From Escherichia virus TH41, in the sequence record MT446412.1: a DNA stretch of 64,000 nt. One strand, 5' to 3'. Of this stretch, positions 17,481-27,081 are shown one piece after another. How positions within the stretch are numbered: the stretch's first letter is position 1; every line of letters begins with the position of its first letter. Below the pieces are notes generated by a model. That model had not been told where the DNA came from. It made no database searches and saw only the letters and a program-made list of their open reading frames with translations. Position numbers and translations under genes: made by a program.

Positions 17481-17780
17481 ATGAAAACGTATCAAGAATT
17501 TATCACAGAAGCCAAAGCTCCTAAAGCATTTCAAATCGGAGTCCAGGGCAATTTAGACCAACAATATGTTGATGCTATTGTCGCAAGCCTCGGTAAACAA
17601 GGTGTACAAGTGGATTTGGTTGATTTTACTAAAGGTAATACTTTTAATATTGTCGCATCTAAAGGTTCTTTAGCTAAAGTTAAAAAGGCCTTTGGCGTAG
17701 CACAAGCATATGAAATTGACCATTCTGAATTAGAAAATAAAGGTCGCCAGAACACAATTAAAGGCTCTGGTTCTTTTTAA
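17481..17780 (+). CDS. capsid-targeted internal protein
   Basis: MKTYQEFITEAKAP... Confidence 0.6.
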   Translation: MKTYQEFITEAKAPKAFQIGVQGNLDQQYVDAIVASLGKQGVQVDLVDFTKGNTFNIVASKGSLAKVKKAFGVAQAYEIDHSELENKGRQNTIKGSGSF

Positions 17781-17941
17781 TAAAGGCAAACCGACCCTCT
17801 CCTCATGAACTTCGTGTCCTCTGAGTGATGGACCTTTCCCTACCTGTAATAAGGTCGAGCCCGAGTGCGGTAAGGGGTTTACATTCGGATACATGGACGA
17901 ATTAATGTGCCAAGGAATGGCCCCACAACTAAGAGACAACT

Positions 17942-18469
17942 ATGAAATTTTTAACTCCCATTTATCTAACTTTAATGCACGCCTTCGCTGAACGCGCCAT
18001 TGAACGCTTAGATTCAGACCAATACACCTGGTATGAACCCGCTTCAAGAATGCAAGAGTTTGGTACCCTTAGACTTGACGGTGGAAGACAAACAGGTAAA
18101 ACAAGTGCCATTGCGCAGTTCGCGGCGGATTGGGTTTCTAAAGGTAATGATGTGATTGTTATGTCGAGTTCTTCGCATCGCTCACGAGAAATCTGTAATA
18201 TAATAAAGCGGGTGTCTAAGGCACAACCACATCTTAATGTTGAACGACCTGGATTCGTTGTCTATGATACTGTACGCAGTTTCCTTGATGAAGATAATTT
18301 TCATAAGTACCGTGGATTGCGTTTTACGCGTCTTTTAATCATTATTGAAGAACCTATTCGCCTCCCTGCAATGGATAAGTTCTATGAAGCTTATCAGGTA
18401 ATGATGAATAAATTTATGTGTCAAGGTGATAAGCCTTTGCCACTGTTCTTTGTGATAGGAATGCAATGA
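17942..18469 (+). CDS. small P-loop NTPase-like protein
   Basis: Walker A GGRQTGKTS and Walker B-like LLIIIEEP. Confidence 0.5.
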   Translation: MKFLTPIYLTLMHAFAERAIERLDSDQYTWYEPASRMQEFGTLRLDGGRQTGKTSAIAQFAADWVSKGNDVIVMSSSSHRSREICNIIKRVSKAQPHLNVERPGFVVYDTVRSFLDEDNFHKYRGLRFTRLLIIIEEPIRLPAMDKFYEAYQVMMNKFMCQGDKPLPLFFVIGMQ

Positions 18470-18765
18470 TGACCCATGAAGAGCTTTTTGACCAAATCTA
18501 TTTTATTCCAAAAGTTAGGTCTGAAGATTTCGTAAAGAATTTTGAAATCTTTAATAAAGCAAATTTCTTTGAGTATGTGTTTTTGTCTGGACCTTTTATT
18601 GGGTCCAGATTTCGTTGCACTGCTCCGAGTATTCGCTTGATGAAGTTGGTTCCTTACTTTACTCTGGAATTTATTTCTGGACCGTGTAAGGGTATTATCA
18701 CTCGTAGCCTCCTGACCTATGACCAGGATGTGCGATTAATTAGTGACTGGAAAAAATATGTCTAA
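18466..18765 (+). CDS. hypothetical protein
   Basis: 99 aa, ATGA overlap. Confidence 0.45.
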   Translation: MMTHEELFDQIYFIPKVRSEDFVKNFEIFNKANFFEYVFLSGPFIGSRFRCTAPSIRLMKLVPYFTLEFISGPCKGIITRSLLTYDQDVRLISDWKKYV

Positions 18766-18972
18766 ATTGACAATTGAAGGCTCTGATGAAGCTCTGAAAA
18801 GATTTGTTGAATGGTTTAATGGACCAGGTGAACAAGACTTTCTGGAAGTCTGGGATGGCGGTCGGTGGAATGGTAAAGAAATGATTTACCCGACTACCTA
18901 TATCTCCGTGCAAGGTTGGACTGAAGGCCTTCGTTTGGTAGAATATGATATCGCAACTGGCGAGGAAGTGAA

Positions 18973-18976
<4 letters not shown>
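18758..18976 (+). CDS. hypothetical protein
   Basis: 72 aa; start overlaps previous gene. Confidence 0.45.
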
Positions 18977-19556
<580 letters not shown>

Positions 19557-19612
19557 TGTACAAGCAGATTGAAATGAGTTATGATTATCCCATCAAACAA
19601 AAGGAGATAATC

Positions 19613-20071
19613 ATGACTACTATCGATTCAAGTGTTTACATTCGCCGCAATAAACTTCGTCGCATTTTTGAAACGGAGTTCCTCAAAATTAATAATGCTA
19701 TCAACAAGGCTTGTAAAGAAGCAGGCCTTGAGGCATTCTTCATTAAGTACAGTCCACATCTGTTGGACCGTGCAATCCAACGTGAAATTGATGAACAATA
19801 TGTTTTTGACTTGTTTGGAAAAATCACACCACATGTAAAAGAAATCGTTGAATTCTTGGAGATGAAACCGCTCCCGGAAGTTGAAGCACAAATTGACCCG
19901 AATATGAACTACCGTCCACTTCGTCTGGAAATTACAGACAAGAACCTGTGGTTAGGAATGACAGTTAACCCAGCTCTTCCTGGGAAGTCTCCGACCATGT
20001 GTTGTCGTATGGCGTTTGTTAACTCTAATCGTCTGGAAGGAAAAATTAGCACAAAAGTGATTTATATCTAA
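19613..20071 (+). CDS. regB: RegB site-specific endoribonuclease
   Basis: VYIRRNKLRR.FE.EF..INN...HLLDRAIQREIDE.YVF.LF...CRMA closely matches T4 RegB; AAGGAG RBS. Confidence 0.9.
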   Translation: MTTIDSSVYIRRNKLRRIFETEFLKINNAINKACKEAGLEAFFIKYSPHLLDRAIQREIDEQYVFDLFGKITPHVKEIVEFLEMKPLPEVEAQIDPNMNYRPLRLEITDKNLWLGMTVNPALPGKSPTMCCRMAFVNSNRLEGKISTKVIYI

Positions 20072-20081
20072 TGGGGAATTC

Positions 20082-20624
20082 ATGAAAAAAGTAATCGCCA
20101 CCTTACTATTGACAGTTAGTATGTCTGCCCATAGCGTAGAGCCTACTTTCAGTAATGAACAAATGGAAAACCTCCAATATGCTTATGCGTTTGGAGAACA
20201 GTTCCAGAAAAATGGTAAGTACAAAGAAAATCCGCACCAACATAATGGTTTGGGATATATCATGGCTGGTTTAACCTGGCAGGAGAGTTCTGCTGGGATT
20301 AATACTGGATTAAATAAAGATAAGCATCATGCATATGGTATATTCCAAAATTATCTTCCAACCGTGCGCGAACGTGTGAAACAGGTTGGGTGGACAATGA
20401 CAGATAAAGAAATAATCAAGATGATAAGCAAGAGAGAGAACAGTGCACGCTGGGCTTACATTGAGCTTTCATACTGGTTGAATATTCATAAGGGGGATAT
20501 AAGGAAAACACTATCATCATATAACGCAGGATGGAATGTGAAAGCTGGTAATACGTATGCTTCACAGGTCCTAGAAAAAGCTAACTACTTAAAATCACGA
20601 GGCCTATTAAAAACGGTGGATTAA
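20082..20624 (+). CDS. secreted lytic-transglycosylase-like protein
   Basis: Signal peptide; SLT-like WQESS...AYGIFQ motif. Confidence 0.5.
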   Translation: MKKVIATLLLTVSMSAHSVEPTFSNEQMENLQYAYAFGEQFQKNGKYKENPHQHNGLGYIMAGLTWQESSAGINTGLNKDKHHAYGIFQNYLPTVRERVKQVGWTMTDKEIIKMISKRENSARWAYIELSYWLNIHKGDIRKTLSSYNAGWNVKAGNTYASQVLEKANYLKSRGLLKTVD

Positions 20625-20626
20625 AA

Positions 20627-20986
20627 ATGGTAAGAGTTATAACTTTAGCCATAGGGTTAGTATTCAGCATGGGAGGAATAGCTTCAGTACAGAGCGACGA
20701 CAACAACAGCATCATAGAATATGCAACGAGGACGGCTAAAGATTATTGCGCCGCAAGCAATGTGGATTGTATAATCCAGTTCAGCGCCAAGCTCACCGCG
20801 GCATATAAAGATGGTCAAAATGATGTTGAACATACACTTTTGAAAAAGAATGTATTATCCAACAAATATGAAAAGAAATTATTTGAAATGGATTGCATTC
20901 TGTCAAGTGCAAAATATAAGGCGGCCTGCACCAGTATGGTTGACAGGTTAGTGGATTCATATAATAGAGGATTGAACTCTAAATGA
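20627..20986 (+). CDS. secreted hypothetical protein
   Basis: N-terminal signal-like hydrophobic segment; 119 aa. Confidence 0.45.
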   Translation: MVRVITLAIGLVFSMGGIASVQSDDNNSIIEYATRTAKDYCAASNVDCIIQFSAKLTAAYKDGQNDVEHTLLKKNVLSNKYEKKLFEMDCILSSAKYKAACTSMVDRLVDSYNRGLNSK

Positions 20987-21462
20987 TTACCCAGTATATT
21001 AAGGGCGATATCGTCGCCCTCTTTCTTCAAGGCAATATTATTGCACATGGTTGTAACTGCTTTCACACAATGGGTTCTGGTGTAGCTGGACAGTTGGCGA
21101 AGGCTTATCCAAAAGTTTTAGAAATAGATAAAACCACTACTGAATATGGTTCTCGTGATAAATTAGGCGATATGTCTATTGTTTTTAAACATAAGCCGAC
21201 AGGTTTTGGCATGTGCTATAACTTGTATACACAATACGAGCCAGGCCCTAATCTTGATTATGGCGCTTTAGTAAATTGTATGATAGAATTAAATCTACAA
21301 GCAGAAACCCTTTTGTTTAAACCGGTAATTTATATTCCACGTATTGGTTGTGGTATTGCAGGTGGAGATTGGGAAAAGGTTTCTAAATTAATCGACATGT
21401 TTACTCCTGATATTGATTTAATAGTGGTGGATTATGAAAGCACATTACCCACATCCGTTTGA
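20983..21462 (+). CDS. macro-domain protein (ADP-ribose binding/processing)
   Basis: GDIV...NIIAHGCNCF...GSGVAGQL and ...IPRIGCGIAGGDW resemble the macro-domain Gly-rich signature. Confidence 0.5.
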   Translation: MITQYIKGDIVALFLQGNIIAHGCNCFHTMGSGVAGQLAKAYPKVLEIDKTTTEYGSRDKLGDMSIVFKHKPTGFGMCYNLYTQYEPGPNLDYGALVNCMIELNLQAETLLFKPVIYIPRIGCGIAGGDWEKVSKLIDMFTPDIDLIVVDYESTLPTSV

Positions 21463-21646
21463 CCCTAAAAACAAAGCGGAAATTATTCGACGCTGGACCG
21501 AAACTCGAGTAACCAAATGTCCTATAAAAAGTCAACACAACACTGATAAATGGTATATCGGTGAATATGTTGAATATACTTTTATAGATAAAAATAAACG
21601 TAAACAGCACGTAGAAGAATATTGCCTAAAGGTACAATGGTTATGA
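21434..21646 (+). CDS. hypothetical protein
   Basis: 70 aa overlapping upstream gene end. Confidence 0.4.
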   Translation: MKAHYPHPFDPKNKAEIIRRWTETRVTKCPIKSQHNTDKWYIGEYVEYTFIDKNKRKQHVEEYCLKVQWL

Positions 21647-21849
21647 GCCAAGCCCGAATTCTTAAAACGGCCAAATGTGAAAAATGTGAATGGCCGGTAA
21701 TCGCAGCTTTGTGCAACGATGAAATGAATTGCGAATACGATTACTGGTGGTACTGTTCTAATAAAGGATGTTCTAATCATAAGGGTGAAGGTTTTCATTC
21801 TGGTTATTGCGAACATCCTAAATTTGTGCGATATGGGGAACCGAAATGA
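21643..21849 (+). CDS. Cys-rich small protein (putative zinc-binding)
   Basis: CEKCEW...CNDEMNCEYDYWWYCSNKGCSNH...C. Confidence 0.45.
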   Translation: MSQARILKTAKCEKCEWPVIAALCNDEMNCEYDYWWYCSNKGCSNHKGEGFHSGYCEHPKFVRYGEPK

Positions 21850-22031
21850 GTTTAAGCATTAGTCAGAAAAGTAGATTATTTGAGCTTATCCATGAGCTTT
21901 TGGATGAGCATACAGAAGCAAACGCCTTTTATGATGAATACGGCCCAATAGATGCCGAACATCAGGAAGAATTTGCCAATCGATTTGATGCGAAAGAAAA
22001 CGAATTAATAGCTTATGTGAATACGCTTTAA
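21846..22031 (+). CDS. small acidic hypothetical protein
   Basis: 61 aa. Confidence 0.4.
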   Translation: MSLSISQKSRLFELIHELLDEHTEANAFYDEYGPIDAEHQEEFANRFDAKENELIAYVNTL

Positions 22032-22040
22032 GAAGGTGAT

Positions 22041-22613
22041 ATGGCGAGTTTAATTTATCATTACGCAGCAATGAATGCAGGCAAAACAGCTTCATTGCTG
22101 ACTGCAGCTTATTCCTATAAAGAGCGTGGAATGAGTGTGCTTTTGCTAAAACCTGTTATTGATAATCGGGACTCGGAAGGCGAAATTAAATCACGCATCG
22201 GTATTAGCCAGGAAGCAAACCTGGTAACGGCCGACATGAACCTGTTTGAATTCTATAAATGGGCCGAGTCTCAAAAGGATATCCATTGTGTCCTGGTCGA
22301 TGAAGCTCAATTTTTGTTACCAGAGCAAATTGACCAGTTAGCTCAAGTGGTTGATAATTACAATATCCCCGTTATGTGTTACGGGTTAAGAACAGATTTT
22401 CGGGGTCAATTATTTCCCGGTTCGGCCAGACTTCTGGCTATTTCGGATAAACTGGTTGAATTAAAGGGCGTCTGTCATTGCGGCCGGAAAGCAACCATGA
22501 CCGCTCGAGTAATCGACGGTGCTGCTGTAAAGGACGGCGAGCAAGTATTGGTCGGTGGGAATGAATCGTACGTATCTTTGTGCAGAAAACATTGGCTCGA
22601 ATTAACAAGCTGA
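22041..22613 (+). CDS. tk: thymidine kinase
   Basis: MASLIYHYAAMNAGKTASLL...VDEAQF...CHCGRKA matches T4 Tk. Confidence 0.95.
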   Translation: MASLIYHYAAMNAGKTASLLTAAYSYKERGMSVLLLKPVIDNRDSEGEIKSRIGISQEANLVTADMNLFEFYKWAESQKDIHCVLVDEAQFLLPEQIDQLAQVVDNYNIPVMCYGLRTDFRGQLFPGSARLLAISDKLVELKGVCHCGRKATMTARVIDGAAVKDGEQVLVGGNESYVSLCRKHWLELTS

Positions 22614-22620
22614 GGTTCGC

Positions 22621-22896
22621 ATGGTATACAAGGTTTGGACGTATATCTCTATTTTGATATTCCTGGTTTTGGTTTTTGTTCCTATGCAACAGGACCAGGA
22701 AAGGTATGAGCGCGAAGTCGAAATCGTTGCAAGTACCTATCACTCGTTCAACAAAGAGTGCCCCAATAAAAACGGAATAAGCCTGCAACAAGCATACTAT
22801 TTGTCAACGGTCACCAGTCCAAAACAACGGGTCTGGGTTGAACGTAATTTTGCAGGTTTATTTTCAGAGTACTGCTTTAATTTTAAACGTCTATAA
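22621..22896 (+). CDS. small membrane protein
   Basis: N-terminal TM helix; 91 aa. Confidence 0.45.
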   Translation: MVYKVWTYISILIFLVLVFVPMQQDQERYEREVEIVASTYHSFNKECPNKNGISLQQAYYLSTVTSPKQRVWVERNFAGLFSEYCFNFKRL

Positions 22897-22899
22897 ATA
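22892..22899 (+). promoter_or_regulatory. late promoter TATAAATA (MotA-box TGCTTTA lies 12 nt upstream)
   Basis: Exact TATAAATA upstream of rI; TGCTTTAA at 22874-22881. Confidence 0.5.
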
Positions 22900-22968
22900 C
22901 AGTTACTAACTAGTATTCCGCTATGTTAAGGCTGCAAAGCGTAATCATGACCAACAATAGGAGTCCTT

Positions 22969-23262
22969 ATGGACCTTATTCGAGGACTTTCATTAAGTCT
23001 AATAATCCTGGGCTGTTTAGGTCCAAATCTGTCCTCTGCAACAGATGGGAAGTTTACCCAATATGCAGATAGTGCGATGAAGATTTATTCGCAATTCAAA
23101 GAACCAAGCGTGCACCAATCCGAACAGTTCTGGGCGTTTATCAAGACTGAATGGAACAACAAAAGCCAATGCGAAACTGAAATTACCTGCAAAAGCGATG
23201 GTAAAGCTGCGGCGAGAGAGTACGCTAAATTAATGAAGGTAAAATTGGAAGATGAAATTTGA
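22969..23262 (+). CDS. rI: lysis inhibition regulator RI (antiholin)
   Basis: 97 aa with N-terminal signal-anchor; SEQFWAFIK and AREYAKLMKVKLEDE match T4 RI; adjacent to tk. Confidence 0.75.
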   Translation: MDLIRGLSLSLIILGCLGPNLSSATDGKFTQYADSAMKIYSQFKEPSVHQSEQFWAFIKTEWNNKSQCETEITCKSDGKAAAREYAKLMKVKLEDEI

Positions 23263-23635
23263 TGATTTCGTAACGGGTCGTGGGTCTGAGGTGGATTCAT
23301 ATATTGGGTGGTTGTTAGTCTCTTTGGCTTATTTTAAGTCCGCCCATCTTGAAACCAAAAGTTACGCCCGCCATAAAGCTTATGATTTCTACTTCACAGA
23401 AATCCAAGGTCCACTCGACCAGTTCAGTGAGCAATGGTTAGGTTACAGCGGGAAACAATACAAAGCTGCATTACCGTCCGCCTCGGACTTGCCGAAAGAT
23501 ACAATTTTGTTTTTAGATGAAATGATTAAAAGCTCGGAAAGAGTCTATAAAGTTGTACCCAAGGCTATTCAATCGACTCTGGACGATATCGTTGGAGTTT
23601 TCTTTCAGACTAAGTATCTGTTAACATTAGAGTAA
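23252..23635 (+). CDS. hypothetical protein (rI.1 position)
   Basis: 127 aa. Confidence 0.45.
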   Translation: MKFDDFVTGRGSEVDSYIGWLLVSLAYFKSAHLETKSYARHKAYDFYFTEIQGPLDQFSEQWLGYSGKQYKAALPSASDLPKDTILFLDEMIKSSERVYKVVPKAIQSTLDDIVGVFFQTKYLLTLE

Positions 23636-23639
23636 TTCA

Positions 23640-23668
23640 AAAGGTCTGCCTTCGGGTGGACCTTTTTT
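23640..23668 (+). terminator. Rho-independent terminator
   Basis: AAGGTC-loop-GACCTT followed by TTTTTT. Confidence 0.65.
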
Positions 23669-23677
23669 CATTTAGGG

Positions 23678-23707
23678 GTTTACATCACCATAAAAAGGGT
23701 GTACTAT
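23678..23707 (+). promoter_or_regulatory. early promoter
   Basis: GTTTAC-18 nt-TACTAT followed by TATCCCATCAACTACTGAGGAG 5'UTR cassette. Confidence 0.5.
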
Positions 23708-23735
23708 TATCCCATCAACTACTGAGGAGAACACA

Positions 23736-23939
23736 ATGAGAATTAAAAATATCAAGATTGATGCAGTTAATACTGGTGATGAGGTTGTTATCTATCTTAA
23801 TGATTATGCAATCTTTATGGACAGTGCCACTGATGAAGAAGTGGTTGAACTCTTACAGAAAGCTCCATTTGAACTGTGTGAAGAAGATGCTACCCATCTT
23901 TCATCAGCAATTTTCTCATTATCATATGTGGTGGAATAA
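23736..23939 (+). CDS. small acidic hypothetical protein
   Basis: 67 aa. Confidence 0.45.
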   Translation: MRIKNIKIDAVNTGDEVVIYLNDYAIFMDSATDEEVVELLQKAPFELCEEDATHLSSAIFSLSYVVE

Positions 23940-24175
23940 TGAAACTTACAAATACCATGGTTTCATTGGAATATGAAACCAATAATCATATTCTTGAAAT
24001 TAAGATATTTGATGATGGAAGCATATTTGCTGATTACCGCGGATATAGAATCCGCCTGGAAAAGGATGAGCTCAAGGAACCATGGCTCCTTAAAGACACC
24101 TTAAAGGGCTGTGGGTGTAAACTGAAGACTACTCAAGTCCAAGAATTAATTTCTACCATCAAAAAATACTGGTGA
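23939..24175 (+). CDS. hypothetical protein
   Basis: 78 aa. Confidence 0.45.
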   Translation: MKLTNTMVSLEYETNNHILEIKIFDDGSIFADYRGYRIRLEKDELKEPWLLKDTLKGCGCKLKTTQVQELISTIKKYW

Positions 24176-24179
24176 TATT

Positions 24180-24362
24180 ATGTTAACTACTGAACAGATT
24201 GAACAAATCCTTAAACTCGCATGGCATATTGAAAATGCTGCTAATGACCTGGCTGTTGAATATTGTGAAGGTTATTCATATTCTGGAATAGAGCAGTGCA
24301 AGCGTGATTTGGCTAACTCTAAAGCAGCATTGGTTGGGTATCTGAATGAGTTGAAAGAATAA
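24180..24362 (+). CDS. hypothetical protein
   Basis: 60 aa. Confidence 0.4.
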   Translation: MLTTEQIEQILKLAWHIENAANDLAVEYCEGYSYSGIEQCKRDLANSKAALVGYLNELKE

Positions 24363-24619
24363 TGGCTGTTGGATTTGCAAAAGATGGTGCTGAACAGTTA
24401 GAGATGGAAGCGGTTGTCCAGGCCGCTATCACCCATGCGAGAGCACAAGTTGCAGTTGAAAGGGAGTCTGCTGAATTCTGTTTTGACTGCGACGAAAAAA
24501 TTCCTGAAGCGCGGAGACAAGCGATTAAAGGCGTGATATATTGTGTTGGTTGTCAATCAATGCATGATGAAATTTTTAAACGTGAGCCAAGAAACTGTTG
24601 GCATAGGAGCATGAGATGA
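24362..24619 (+). CDS. C4 zinc-finger protein (DksA/TraR-like)
   Basis: CFDCDEKIPEARRQAIKGVIYCVGCQ = CxxC-x17-CxxC. Confidence 0.55.
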   Translation: MAVGFAKDGAEQLEMEAVVQAAITHARAQVAVERESAEFCFDCDEKIPEARRQAIKGVIYCVGCQSMHDEIFKREPRNCWHRSMR

Positions 24620-24710
24620 TTTACTATCTTGAACCTTGGGCTTGGTTAACAATGGCTGTAGGGCCTGTTTTAATTGGTTTATTCTTTTCATGGTTAGCGA
24701 GGAAACTGTA

Positions 24711-24926
24711 ATGTTATATGACCCAAGTGGTAATTCTGAAAATGGTGTGATTGTTCTGGAGCCTGAGCATCCAGTTGGTGACGTATACCGCCCAGTTGAA
24801 GTGTGCGAATGTAATTTTGTTAAAGGTAATACTGGTGGGATTTCCATTGAGCAAGATGATGATGTTATTTACCTGGATGCAAGCCAAGTAGAAGCGCTTT
24901 ATAGTATTTTAAAACATAACCGTTGA
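24711..24926 (+). CDS. hypothetical protein
   Basis: ATG 24711 after GAGGAAA RBS; 71 aa. Confidence 0.4.
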   Translation: MLYDPSGNSENGVIVLEPEHPVGDVYRPVEVCECNFVKGNTGGISIEQDDDVIYLDASQVEALYSILKHNR

Positions 24927-24936
24927 GGAACAGAAA

Positions 24937-25497
24937 ATGATTATTGAAACAACTGAATTGTTTGGCGAACTGACCGCTGAAGTAGTTAATAACGCAATTG
25001 AGCTTTGTCAAGAAGACGATAAAATCGTACTAACTATCCAAGATATCAAACCACTTTACGATTTAAAGGTTTTGGACAGACACGATTATCTTAATGGTCG
25101 TGCTAGTGCTTCTGTTGATATCAATGATGATATGTATGCCTATATCTATAAAAATGAAAACGGGTTTAATCTGGAAAATGGTATTGAATGTCTGAGCATC
25201 AGCGATTCTGATAAATTCTTTGATTGTATTTTCAAACTCTTCCAGGAAGAATGCAAGCCGGAAGTTGAATGGAAAGTCCCGGGCCAGGATGCGGTGATTC
25301 GTTCTAGTGAAACCTTTGAGGGTGACGAAGAAGAACTGAATTATGATACCGAATTAACCGTGTATCAACATCAGGGTCGTGATTTGCTATCCTTGACCCA
25401 GACCCACGACGGTTTTAATGAAGTGGTATTTACTAAAGACGAGCTAAAAGTTTTAGTCTCTTATCTGAACTCTGTTATCCCAACTATGAACTCTTAA
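24937..25497 (+). CDS. acidic hypothetical protein
   Basis: 186 aa. Confidence 0.5.
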   Translation: MIIETTELFGELTAEVVNNAIELCQEDDKIVLTIQDIKPLYDLKVLDRHDYLNGRASASVDINDDMYAYIYKNENGFNLENGIECLSISDSDKFFDCIFKLFQEECKPEVEWKVPGQDAVIRSSETFEGDEEELNYDTELTVYQHQGRDLLSLTQTHDGFNEVVFTKDELKVLVSYLNSVIPTMNS

Positions 25498-25507
25498 GGA
25501 AAATATT

Positions 25508-25960
25508 ATGATTATCAATGCAAACTCTTGGCACGCTCGCTTCCATGACCGTTTTTATGACCGTCATTCTCGTCCACACTCATTGTGTGCTTACTTTTGG
25601 AAAATGGTTTGGGCTTGTTTTGTTTGTGCCATTTTTATCGGTAGTATGGTTTTTGGATTAACTGTCGCTGGGGCTGGTGTATTAGAGCATTTCTTTGTAT
25701 TAAGTACCCCGGTTGGTTTAGGTTTAGGGTTTATTTTAGGACTAGCTACACTGGCTCTTATTCTGGCGGTAGCATTTGGTTTAATGTATGGTCTAATGAA
25801 TTTATGGTCCTGGTATGATTTACGTAAAGAAGAAAAGGAATGGCAACGTATTCTAGCCAAACGTGAAGGAAAGGAAACTAAAGAAAACATCGTTATTCAA
25901 TACATTAAAGCTCGTAAATCTAAGATGTGTCCTGTAATCCACTTCGAGGACAAAAAATGA
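25508..25960 (+). CDS. membrane protein
   Basis: Two or three hydrophobic helices; 150 aa. Confidence 0.5.
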   Translation: MIINANSWHARFHDRFYDRHSRPHSLCAYFWKMVWACFVCAIFIGSMVFGLTVAGAGVLEHFFVLSTPVGLGLGFILGLATLALILAVAFGLMYGLMNLWSWYDLRKEEKEWQRILAKREGKETKENIVIQYIKARKSKMCPVIHFEDKK

Positions 25961-26967
25961 GAACAGTTATGAAAGGCTACTTCGGTAGCCACCTTTATGG
26001 AACAAGTACTCCTGAATCTGATGTTGATTTTAAAGAAATCTTTGTTCCTCATCCGCGAGATATCCTGCTCGGAACCGCGATGAACCATACCAACCTGAAC
26101 ACGAATAATACGGCTACCAAAAATACAAAAGATGATGTTGACCATGAACTTTATAGTCTGAAATATTTCTTTAAACTGGCGGCCGAAGGCGAAACCGTTG
26201 CTCTGGACATGATTCACACGCCGGCTGACCTGGTTGTCAAATCCGATTTACCAGATGTATGGAAGTTTATCCAGGATAACCGTTCACGGTTCTATACAAC
26301 TAACATGAAAGCCTATTTGGGGTATGTCCGTAAGCAAGCTTCCAAATATGGTGTTAAAGGTTCACGATTGGCCGCTCTACGTGGTGCACTGACAATCATT
26401 AACCAGATTCCTGAACAGTGGGTCGACTATCAAGAAGATGGTTCGACTAAGCAACGTCGAACTAAGGTAGAAGATATCAAACACCGGCTTCCAGAGAATG
26501 AATTCTGCGAATGGGTATTTCATAACCACGAGAAAACAGGTCCTCAAACGTTCTATACTGTTCTTGGACGTAAGTACCAAACAACGTTATCAATTACAGA
26601 GCTCAAGCAATCTCTGAATAAACTCGATGCCGAATATGGTGAACGTGCTCGTAAGGCAGAAGCCAATGAAGGTATTGACTGGAAAGCTCTGAGCCATGCT
26701 TATCGTGCTGGATACCAGTTGAAGGAAATCTATCAAACTGGTGACCTGGTTTATCCGCTCAAAAACGCTTCTATTATTAAAGCAATCAAAGCTGGCGATA
26801 TGCCTTTCAAAGTAGTCCAAGGCCTGTTGGAAAATACTGTCGATGAAGTCGAAGTCCTGGCTATCCAGGCCCATAAGAACGGTATGCCTGAGAAGGTAGA
26901 CATGAAGTTCTGGGACAAGTTCGTTGAAGAGGTATACCTTGACAACCACAATTCCTATTATCGTTAA
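25957..26967 (+). CDS. predicted nucleotidyltransferase (Pol-beta superfamily)
   Basis: YFGSHLYGTSTPESDVDF = hG[GS]-x9-13-DhD NTase signature; ATGA overlap start. Confidence 0.6.
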   Translation: MRTVMKGYFGSHLYGTSTPESDVDFKEIFVPHPRDILLGTAMNHTNLNTNNTATKNTKDDVDHELYSLKYFFKLAAEGETVALDMIHTPADLVVKSDLPDVWKFIQDNRSRFYTTNMKAYLGYVRKQASKYGVKGSRLAALRGALTIINQIPEQWVDYQEDGSTKQRRTKVEDIKHRLPENEFCEWVFHNHEKTGPQTFYTVLGRKYQTTLSITELKQSLNKLDAEYGERARKAEANEGIDWKALSHAYRAGYQLKEIYQTGDLVYPLKNASIIKAIKAGDMPFKVVQGLLENTVDEVEVLAIQAHKNGMPEKVDMKFWDKFVEEVYLDNHNSYYR

Positions 26968-26970
26968 ATT

Positions 26971-26999
26971 CTAAGGAACCCTTCGGGGTCCTTTTTTAT
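26971..26999 (+). terminator. Rho-independent terminator
   Basis: GGAACCC-TTCG-GGGTCC then TTTTTT. Confidence 0.65.
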
Positions 27000-27010
27000 T
27001 TTAAAAAGTA

Positions 27011-27040
27011 GTGTACAACCAGATGGTCATGAGGCATAAT
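27011..27040 (+). promoter_or_regulatory. early promoter
   Basis: GTGTAC-18 nt-CATAAT. Confidence 0.5.
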
Positions 27041-27081
27041 GATTCCATACTGAGTTAACAAATAAACAAACGGAGAATAAA

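Noticed and set aside
17781-17941. Additional tRNA gene in the GC-rich island
   Set aside because: No cloverleaf can be drawn; no GTTC-type T-loop or matching acceptor stem.
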